NCBI GenBank assembly: GCA_037439545.1
Contig: JBBIVV010000048.1
Span: forward strand, 1-13,210
DNA length: 13,210 nucleotides
Direction of reading: 5' to 3'
From: a bacterium
GTDB lineage: Bacteria > JAMCPX01
The stretch's first letter is position 1, and each line of letters starts with the position of its first letter. Positions 1-6,369 of this stretch are shown here, one piece after another. The notes beneath the pieces are model-generated. The model ran no database searches and had not been told where the DNA came from. It saw only the letters and a program-made list of their open reading frames with translations. The position numbers were made by a program, and so were the translations under genes.

Positions 1-12
1 ATGCAGTACAGC

Positions 13-40
13 TTGATAATATAGAAAAACCATGTATAAT
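13..40 (+). promoter_or_regulatory. sigma70-type promoter TTGATA-N16-TATAAT, probably producing a leaderless mRNA starting at ATG 47
   Basis: TTGATA at 13-18, perfect TATAAT at 35-40, ATG 6 nt later at 47, no Shine-Dalgarno. Confidence 0.6.
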
Positions 41-46
41 AGTGCT

Positions 47-238
47 ATGTCTCCTATTCTGAAGTTGGACAAAGACGACGAACAAAAGGAACTCGACTTC
101 GAACTGGAATACCAACTGTCCTTAACACCGGAGCAGAGGTTCGAAATGATGTTCAAGAGGTCCGAAGAGATAGCCAGAACCTTGCTGGAAAATGGATATA
201 GAAAACCTGTTGAGATTATTAAACGTAAACAAGGTTAA
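47..238 (+). CDS. Small charged protein (~63 aa), putative antitoxin/partner of the downstream nucleotidyltransferase
   Basis: ORF 32..238 with likely start at ATG 47 (ATG 32 abuts the -10 box). Acidic N-terminus, 'LSLTPEQRFEMM' segment, overlaps the next gene by 47 bp. Confidence 0.65.
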   Translation: MSPILKLDKDDEQKELDFELEYQLSLTPEQRFEMMFKRSEEIARTLLENGYRKPVEIIKRKQG

Positions 239-638
239 GTACCTTGTGATCGGTGCATCCGCTTTTCCGCACCATGGGTATGCACGGGCAACGCTCGACA
301 TCGATATTTTTATAGAGAATACACGGGACAATGCGGAGAAAACCCTGTCGGCACTCAAGGCCTTTGGATACGACATCGCAGATATTTCAATCGATGAACT
401 GCTCACAAAAAAAATTCTCATACGGCAATATATCCTGGAAACCGACATTCATCCTTTTGTTGCCGGCGTTACCTTTGACGAGGTATGGGCACACAAAGAA
501 GAAGGGAATATTCGCTCGCAGCGGGTCTATTTCCCAAGCCTCGATGACTTGATAAAAATGAAAAAAGCGGCAGGCAGAAACAAAGACAAAGAAGATTTGA
601 ATATATTGGTAAAGCTCAAAGAAAAAAAGAGCAAATAA
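192..638 (+). CDS. Nucleotidyltransferase, Pol-beta superfamily (DUF6036-like), putative TA toxin
   Basis: 148 aa with the NTase signature 'YLVIGASA...ATLDIDIFI' (hG-x-A...DxD) and C-terminal 'LIKMKKAAGRNKDKEDL' (K...R.KD..D). Confidence 0.8.
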   Translation: MDIENLLRLLNVNKVKYLVIGASAFPHHGYARATLDIDIFIENTRDNAEKTLSALKAFGYDIADISIDELLTKKILIRQYILETDIHPFVAGVTFDEVWAHKEEGNIRSQRVYFPSLDDLIKMKKAAGRNKDKEDLNILVKLKEKKSK

Positions 639-648
639 GAGAAGACCC

Positions 649-755
649 TGGGGGCTGGGCTACACATTTGACATTGAGTTGGACACCCCCCTGCCCCTCT
701 TGATAGAGGGGAGGCTAAATCAGATGCGGGGACAAGACAATACCCCGATCCCGCA
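649..755. repeat. Cluster of degenerate REP-like palindromes
   Basis: Perfect hairpin CCCCTCT-TGAT-AGAGGGG (694-711) preceded by a C-run; imperfect palindrome TGCGGG...CCCGCA (725-755); GC-rich relative to flanks. Confidence 0.45.
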
Positions 756-974
756 ATCAACGCAAGATGGACGTACAGTTCCCAGGTCACTTCGTATTCG
801 CAATACGGGGACCCTGTTGTTCTGCATCTGGTTTTGCGGATGACGATTTGCTCTATCTCTTTTGCCTATGCTGGTGATGTGATAAAAACATATTCACCTG
901 AAATTATATCTTCACAAGGTAATACTCAAAGAGATTGTATATGCGGAATGATAGCTAACGTATTGATATTAAAA

Positions 975-1047
975 TGCGCCCGGGGGGATTTGAACCCCCG
1001 GCCTGCGGATTCGTAGTCCGACGCTCTATCCACTGAGCTACGGGCGC
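975..1047 (-). tRNA. tRNA-Arg (anticodon ACG), CCA not encoded
   Basis: Reverse complement GCGCCCGTAGCTCAGTGGATAGAGCGTCGGACT-ACG-AATCCGCAGGCCGGGGGTTCAAATCCCCCCGGGCGCA: 7-bp acceptor stem, D arm, anticodon loop CTACGAA, T-loop TTCAAAT; the discriminator A is followed by TTTT. Confidence 0.97.
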
Positions 1048-1059
1048 ATGATATGAATG

Positions 1060-1088
1060 ATAGTAATCGGTATTACCGGAAGAGGCAA
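1060..1088 (-). promoter_or_regulatory. Putative sigma70 promoter of tRNA-Arg (TTGCCT-N17-TACTAT)
   Basis: Minus strand -35 at 1088-1083, -10 at 1065-1060, 12 nt upstream of the mature tRNA 5' end. Confidence 0.55.
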
Positions 1089-1096
1089 TGATTTTA

Positions 1097-2080
1097 TCAG
1101 TGCCGTACCGATTCTACCATTTGATCTATGGTGTTGATAACGAGATCCGGCTGATCAATCTGGATGAAATGTCCGCTTTTTTCAGCTATGATTTGTTTTC
1201 CGTGAGGGAATGTTTTTGCAAGGTCTGTTTGCAGCTCTTTCCAGTATCCGAACAAACCCCCGCTTACAAGGAAGGGAGGATAATCTTTCGGAACGGCCCC
1301 GCTGAGAACGACAACCGGAATATCCGGAAACTTGTCAATAGTACCGAATTTGTCAAACTCTGCCTCGCTTTCATGGAGTGCATCGAGTTCGTCGTAGATC
1401 GCCGCGTATGTTTTTGTCCGGTAGGTTAACCAATACGCCTCAGGCTGCAGTGCCGCCGGCAATTTGTATATGATGATACTTGAGGGCATATGGAAGAGGC
1501 GGGGGATGCCGAAGGGCGCTCCTGCTTTACCCATGTATGCGTAAAACTTTAAGTTGCCCTCAAACTTGTCCAGCTTGTTCTTCGGTATTTTTTTATCCAT
1601 GTCCCTGTTAACAGAATCGACAAGTATCATACCCGCAGCATCCGAAGGGTAGGTGAGTGTGAAAAGCTGTACGAAGATGCCGCCGAGAGACTGACCTACG
1701 AGAATATAGGGGCCCTTTATGCCGTCTTGTGTAAGCAGTTCGTGAAGCTCTTTTACCACCTGTTGTGCGGTGCGGGGTTCCTTGCCGGGCTCGCTCCAGC
1801 CATAGCCCGATCTATCATAGGAGCACACCATAGTTGTTTTTGACACCTCGGGCTGGATAAGACTCCAGTCGAGTGAATAGCTTGAAAGTCCTGCTTCCAG
1901 GATTACAACAGGGCTGCCTTTACCTGTGCAGTAAATATGCATGAGATGTCCCTCTACATCGATAAGCTTTCCCGGAGGCGGATACGTATAAGTCTGCTCT
2001 GCTGAAGCGGGAGTTATAAAAGCAATTATTGATGCCAGGACAAAACTTACCGTCACTATACCCATTCTGATCTTTTTCAT
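1097..2080 (-). CDS. Secreted alpha/beta-fold hydrolase
   Basis: ATG at 2080 with GGAG RBS (2087-2090), preferred over TTG 2092. Signal peptide ending ASA; 'VVILEAGL', 'YDRSGYGWS', nucleophile elbow GQSLG, catalytic His in 'SGHFIQ'. Confidence 0.9.
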   Translation of the reverse strand: MKKIRMGIVTVSFVLASIIAFITPASAEQTYTYPPPGKLIDVEGHLMHIYCTGKGSPVVILEAGLSSYSLDWSLIQPEVSKTTMVCSYDRSGYGWSEPGKEPRTAQQVVKELHELLTQDGIKGPYILVGQSLGGIFVQLFTLTYPSDAAGMILVDSVNRDMDKKIPKNKLDKFEGNLKFYAYMGKAGAPFGIPRLFHMPSSIIIYKLPAALQPEAYWLTYRTKTYAAIYDELDALHESEAEFDKFGTIDKFPDIPVVVLSGAVPKDYPPFLVSGGLFGYWKELQTDLAKTFPHGKQIIAEKSGHFIQIDQPDLVINTIDQMVESVRH

Positions 2081-2105
2081 TTTATTCTCCAAAGATTATG
2101 ATTTT

Positions 2106-2864
2106 TCACGGTTTATTCTTATACTCGTTCGTGAGTGCCTGCTTGAATTCCTCGGCAGAAAAAATTCCTTTTTTTATAAGAAGCGCAATAATAGCCTTGA
2201 TAAAAGGCAGTAATTTATCGGATTGTTTGTCCGGCTGGTCGCCGGGTCTATTTGCCGGTCTGTCCATGCGGGATTCCGTCTGAAGGTTAGTTTCGGGTTT
2301 GTAACCGGGCTCAGGATCATGCACGACTTCATCGGTGATTGTTTGTTCCCCTTCCAGAGACAGTTCATCATCCCTCCTCGTCATGGGGATGTCGGTAACT
2401 TGTTTCGGGACTTCTTTCCCTTTATAATAGAAATTTATAAAATCCGTTAAACTTGAATCAAGCGCAAGTACGGGTTGAATCTTATACCCTGCAGTAAACT
2501 GTATGGAATCTATTGCTTCGAGGTTTGTCGGATCGGACATGGCAACATGCAACAGCGGCTTGCCGGAAAATACTTTTATTGCCAGGGGAAGAATATTGTA
2601 TTTCCCTGCTACGTCATAAGGGATTAATTCGAGGATCTTTTGTTCTACGGTGACCTTGTACAAATCAACCATAGGAAGCAGGAGCTGTTTGCTCAGGAAT
2701 TTCAGCATATCAAGTTCTTTTAAGAACCCCATTTTTACAAGGATTGTGCCGAGCCTGCCGCCATAACTTTTTTGATTCGAAAGAGCCGCCCTGAGCTGTG
2801 ATTGATCGATTATCTTTGATTCAATCAGCAGCTCGCCAAGTTTTTTATGAGGTGCAAGGCTCAT
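2106..2864 (-). CDS. Stand-alone MshEN / T2SSE_N (GspE/PilB N-terminal) domain protein, putative c-di-GMP receptor, paralog B
   Basis: 'KLGELLIESKIIDQSQLRAALSNQ...RLGTILVKMGFL' tandem MshEN motifs, 'VAMSDPTNLEAIDSIQFTAG' T2SSE_N core, no Walker A; ATGA overlap with the upstream paralog. Confidence 0.88.
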   Translation of the reverse strand: MSLAPHKKLGELLIESKIIDQSQLRAALSNQKSYGGRLGTILVKMGFLKELDMLKFLSKQLLLPMVDLYKVTVEQKILELIPYDVAGKYNILPLAIKVFSGKPLLHVAMSDPTNLEAIDSIQFTAGYKIQPVLALDSSLTDFINFYYKGKEVPKQVTDIPMTRRDDELSLEGEQTITDEVVHDPEPGYKPETNLQTESRMDRPANRPGDQPDKQSDKLLPFIKAIIALLIKKGIFSAEEFKQALTNEYKNKP

Positions 2865-3652
2865 TTAAGATGCTGTTTAATGTCGGATTCTTTTATGGTT
2901 CCTTTCGTGACCAACAGCTCAATTAGAATATTCAGCAATTCCCTGGTTTCTTTGTTCATCAGTAAGGTTATTAATTCCTGGGATAGTCCTACTTTTATCC
3001 CGAGTGTGGAGTTCAGTATTGCCTTCGCTTCATCGGGTAATTCCATTTCAGCAGCTGCCTCGGAATCCTGACGCGGGCCTCCGGGCTCATCCTGAACAAT
3101 GACCATTTCGTCTTTCGAGGGTATCTCAGCCTGTTTTTTTAAAGGTTCCTGGGTAACGTTTGCGATGTCAAGGGGGATGGATGCTTCCAATAATGGCTGC
3201 TGCGGAACCGGGTTGTAGTACTCTTTTATAGCATTTGAAATAACGGTGTCGGCGGCAAGCACGGGCTTTATGGTATGTCCCGTTAAAAATTGAATCTCAT
3301 CGATGGCTTCCAAGTTCGTCGGGTCTGACGTTGCTATAAACAGTGCCTTTTTACCCGCTTCCGTTTTTATGCCGAGCGGCAGGACATTGTGTTTTGTCGC
3401 TATTTCTTCGGGAATCAGTTCGATTGTAGCAGGGGCTATCCTTATTTTACTGATATCCACATATTGGATCTTCAGTTGCTGGCTCAGGAATTTTATAAGT
3501 TTTTCCTCGGTGATAAATTTCAAGCGTACAAAGTGATTACCCAGCCTGCCGCCCCATTTCTGCTGTTCGGCAAGCGCTGATCTTAACTGGAACTGATCGA
3601 TCAAACCAGCTTCTACGAGTAAATCGCCTAATCTTTTCTTTCCTTCAGTCAT
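2861..3652 (-). CDS. Stand-alone MshEN / T2SSE_N domain protein, putative c-di-GMP receptor, paralog A
   Basis: 'RLGDLLVEAGLIDQFQLRSALAEQ' canonical MshEN motif, 'ATSDPTNLEAIDEIQFLTG', no ATPase domain. Start at ATG 3652 (GTG 3667 abuts the -10 box). Confidence 0.88.
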   Translation of the reverse strand: MTEGKKRLGDLLVEAGLIDQFQLRSALAEQQKWGGRLGNHFVRLKFITEEKLIKFLSQQLKIQYVDISKIRIAPATIELIPEEIATKHNVLPLGIKTEAGKKALFIATSDPTNLEAIDEIQFLTGHTIKPVLAADTVISNAIKEYYNPVPQQPLLEASIPLDIANVTQEPLKKQAEIPSKDEMVIVQDEPGGPRQDSEAAAEMELPDEAKAILNSTLGIKVGLSQELITLLMNKETRELLNILIELLVTKGTIKESDIKQHLK

Positions 3653-3658
3653 ACTATT

Positions 3659-3686
3659 ATTATACACAAGTTAAAAAGAAATTCAA
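3659..3686 (-). promoter_or_regulatory. sigma70-type promoter TTGAAT-N16-TATAAT for the MshEN operon, probably leaderless
   Basis: Minus strand TTGAAT (3686-3681), TATAAT (3664-3659), ATG 6 nt downstream at 3652, no SD. Confidence 0.6.
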
Positions 3687-3783
3687 CTATATTGAACGGT
3701 ATGCCGTCATAATCCAAGGGGATTAAAGCAGGACCACGGCGGTCCAGTGCAGCCTGCCGTGGGGCGCAACAGTTCTATGCCGC

Positions 3784-3812
3784 TTGACCTTTCAGGTGCA
3801 AATAATTAAATT
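3784..3812 (+). promoter_or_regulatory. Putative sigma70 promoter TTGACC-N17-TAAATT for glutaredoxin-groES
   Basis: TTGACC 3784-3789, TAAATT 3807-3812, followed by RBS GAGGAGG 3838-3844. Confidence 0.55.
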
Positions 3813-3850
3813 TGAGATAATTTTACATGCATTACCTGAGGAGGTTAAAC

Positions 3851-4108
3851 ATGACAGAAGGAATTCAACAACCGCAAGTGGTTGTATTTACAACACCAAC
3901 ATGTTCATGGTGTAAAAAGACAAAACAATACTTGATAGATCACAGAATTAGGTTTAAAGAGGTTGATATATCGAAGGACGAGCAGGCTGCAAAGGACCTT
4001 GTGAGAAAGACAAACCAGATGGGTGTGCCGGTGACGCTTATCAACAGCAGGCCTATTGTAGGTTTTAATAAGTCCGAGATAAATAGATTGCTAAATATAA
4101 AAGAATAA
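3851..4108 (+). CDS. Glutaredoxin-like protein (NrdH/YruB-type)
   Basis: ATG 3851 after GAGGAGG; CxxC motif 'TPTCSWC', cis-Pro motif 'QMGVPV', 'IVGFN'. Confidence 0.9.
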   Translation: MTEGIQQPQVVVFTTPTCSWCKKTKQYLIDHRIRFKEVDISKDEQAAKDLVRKTNQMGVPVTLINSRPIVGFNKSEINRLLNIKE

Positions 4109-4124
4109 TATAAAAGGAGGTAGT

Positions 4125-4397
4125 ATGAAAATACAACCATTGGAAGACAGGGTTTTAATAAAACCCACGGAAGAAAAGGAGAAAAAACTTGGCTCAATTA
4201 TTGTTCCTGAAACAGCCAAGGAAAAGCCCCAGGTAGGGATTGTTGAGGCGGTTGGAACGGACGAGGAACTTCAGAAGCATGTCAAAGTAGGGGACAAAGT
4301 TATCTTCGCAAAGTACGGCGGTACGGAGTTCGAGATTGATGGAACGAATTATTTGATCGTCCAGAAATCCGATATACTCGGTGTCCTGAAAAATTAA
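4125..4397 (+). CDS. groES: Co-chaperonin GroES (Cpn10)
   Basis: 'MKIQPLEDRVLIK', 'IIVPETAKEKPQ.G.V.AVG', 'VKVGDKVIFAKYGGTE', 'DILG'; RBS AGGAGG 4115-4120. Confidence 0.95.
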   Translation: MKIQPLEDRVLIKPTEEKEKKLGSIIVPETAKEKPQVGIVEAVGTDEELQKHVKVGDKVIFAKYGGTEFEIDGTNYLIVQKSDILGVLKN

Positions 4398-4403
4398 ATA
4401 TAG

Positions 4404-4427
4404 AGTCCCGCTCAGGCGGGACTTTTT
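4404..4427 (+). terminator. Rho-independent terminator after groES
   Basis: AGTCCCGC-TCAG-GCGGGACT perfect 8-bp stem followed by a T run. Confidence 0.8.
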
Positions 4428-4448
4428 ATTGCTATTAGGGGAGGTTTT

Positions 4449-5717
4449 ATGAATTCGAATAAAAAGTGTATCCTGGTATTTTTTATAATTTTTTTATCAG
4501 CCCTCTCTTTCAATGCTTTTGCCGGCGAGGGTAACGGCATTACTTCTTCCGCCAGCTCTTCGCCCGATAACAGTAAAACGGTTACTGCCCAGGGAACCGC
4601 CATGATAAACAATAATGACGAGGCATCAGCGCGAAATGCAGCCATAAACGATGCAATGCGAAAGGCTGTCGAACAGGCTGTCGGTACCATCGTTTCATCA
4701 CAAACAACCGTCGAGAATTATAAACTGCTGGACGATAAAATATACTCAAATACGTCGGGTTATGTGCAGGATTATAAAATCGTCAAAGAGGGCGCAAATA
4801 ATAATATTTATACGGTAACTATCCAGGCAACGATAGGCACCTCGCACCTGAAAGATGATCTCGGAGCTATCGGCCTTTTGCTGAAACAGAAAAAAATGCC
4901 CAGGGTCGCGGTAATCATACTGGAGCAGAATATCGGAGAAAAGAGGTTTGAATCGGCGTTATTTTATGCGCCGATGACACCCTATGAAGGGTATGTCGTT
5001 CATGAAGTCCGTTTGATGCATGAGACCGGAAACATGTCTATAGCTGAAAACGAGATGATGAAAAAACTCACGGACAATGGATTTAATGTGGTGGACCCGG
5101 CAACTCTTTTAAAAGACATTAAATTAGGTGCAGGGTACAGAATACAAACACTTGATGATAACTCCATAAAGAGTATCGGCAAGCTGTCAAATATCGATGT
5201 AATCATATACGGCAGGGCAGTGGCAAAGCTCTACGGCAGGGTTGCGGGCTCTGAAATGCGATCCGCACAGGCAAACATATCACTCAGGGCCGTCGATGCG
5301 GATGACGGCAGGGTGCTTGCTTCCGGCGAACAGCATGCAGCTTCGGTTCATATCGATACGATGACGGCAGGCAATGATGCACTGAAAAAGGCTGCCGATG
5401 AGCTTGCGGACTCGATGATAGCAACGATCCTCGGCACATGGAAGCAGGAGGTAAACAACGGCGAGCTTGTCAAAATAACCGTGGATAACATTCAATCAGC
5501 AGGCGACCTTGTGGAGTTAAAAGATCAGTTGATGTCGACAAGCGGTGTGCAGGAAGTGTACGAACGGAGCATAGGCAAGGGCGAAGCCACCATGGATGTG
5601 GATTATCAGGGCAATGCCCAGGACCTTGCGAAGTCATTGCTTTCCAATAAAAGCATGACCGCGTTGTTTGACATAACCGGTACGACGATGAATACAATTA
5701 CCCTGAAGAAAAAATAA
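4449..5717 (+). CDS. Secreted protein with FlgT-N/LPP20-like N-terminal domain and CsgG/FlgT-M-like middle domain
   Basis: SPase I signal ('NAFA'); 'VTAQGTA...ARNAAINDAMRKAVEQAVGT.VSSQT.VENY' typical of the FlgT N-terminal domain; 'PRVAVII...GFNVVD...DVIIYG...LRAVDADDGRVLAS' CsgG/TolB-N-like pattern; RBS GGGGAGG. Confidence 0.7.
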   Translation: MNSNKKCILVFFIIFLSALSFNAFAGEGNGITSSASSSPDNSKTVTAQGTAMINNNDEASARNAAINDAMRKAVEQAVGTIVSSQTTVENYKLLDDKIYSNTSGYVQDYKIVKEGANNNIYTVTIQATIGTSHLKDDLGAIGLLLKQKKMPRVAVIILEQNIGEKRFESALFYAPMTPYEGYVVHEVRLMHETGNMSIAENEMMKKLTDNGFNVVDPATLLKDIKLGAGYRIQTLDDNSIKSIGKLSNIDVIIYGRAVAKLYGRVAGSEMRSAQANISLRAVDADDGRVLASGEQHAASVHIDTMTAGNDALKKAADELADSMIATILGTWKQEVNNGELVKITVDNIQSAGDLVELKDQLMSTSGVQEVYERSIGKGEATMDVDYQGNAQDLAKSLLSNKSMTALFDITGTTMNTITLKKK

Positions 5718-5728
5718 ACATTCAGAGT

Positions 5729-6328
5729 ATGAGAAAGAGAAATGTATATACCATTGCAGGCCTGGCGTGTGTTGCTTTTATCGCAGGCTGTTCCGCCGGA
5801 CCGCATGCAGTACCGGGGCCGGTCTTTACCACGGTAAAACCGAACAGCATAGCTGTTATGCCGGTAATGAACGAGACAGTCGATATGAAGGCGCCTGAGG
5901 TCGTGAGACCGGTCGTTTATGATAAAGTAATCGCATGGGGTTATGAGTCGCCGTCAATCAGCATGATCGACGGAGTGCTTGCCGGACATGAAATCCATGA
6001 AGCCGGAGAGGTGAACCAGTTTACCGCAGAGGAGCTCGGCAAAATGCTGAACGTAGATGCCATTCTGTATACGACGATCACGGATTGGTCGACAAAATGG
6101 CTTGCCGTTTATTCATCGCAGACCGTGGGTCTGAGTTTTGTGTTAAAAAGTACAATAGATAATCAGGTTTTATGGGAAGGCCATTATACGTACACGCAGA
6201 GAGCCATTGCCGGAAATGAAAGGCAGATGGTCGGCCTCGCGGTTGAAGCAGCCGTATCTCCGTATCGGCCGCTTGTCCGCAGGACTGTGAATATCATATT
6301 CAGAAAGCTGCCTTATGGCGGGAAATGA
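5729..6328 (+). CDS. DUF799 (GNA1162-like) lipoprotein
   Basis: Lipobox IAG-C; 'PNSIAVMPVMNETVD..AP', 'LGKMLNVDAILYTTITDW', 'VLWEG'. Confidence 0.75.
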   Translation: MRKRNVYTIAGLACVAFIAGCSAGPHAVPGPVFTTVKPNSIAVMPVMNETVDMKAPEVVRPVVYDKVIAWGYESPSISMIDGVLAGHEIHEAGEVNQFTAEELGKMLNVDAILYTTITDWSTKWLAVYSSQTVGLSFVLKSTIDNQVLWEGHYTYTQRAIAGNERQMVGLAVEAAVSPYRPLVRRTVNIIFRKLPYGGK

Positions 6329-6369
6329 GTGCCGGTAAGTAACGGACATTATAGATAAGGAGGAACGGT

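Noticed and set aside
834..1016. 60-aa ORF on + strand
   Set aside because: Runs antisense into the tRNA gene (ARGDLNPRPADS is the translated tRNA complement); no RBS
2106..3667. Calling the two genes pilB/gspE or a frameshifted pseudogene
   Set aside because: Each independently contains the same N-terminal domains and neither has Walker A/B motifs; they are intact paralogs, not two halves of one ATPase
3690..3780. c-di-GMP (GEMM) riboswitch upstream of the MshEN genes
   Set aside because: No GGCAAA...GAAA...ACGCAAA consensus seen on either strand, and it lies upstream of the predicted TSS
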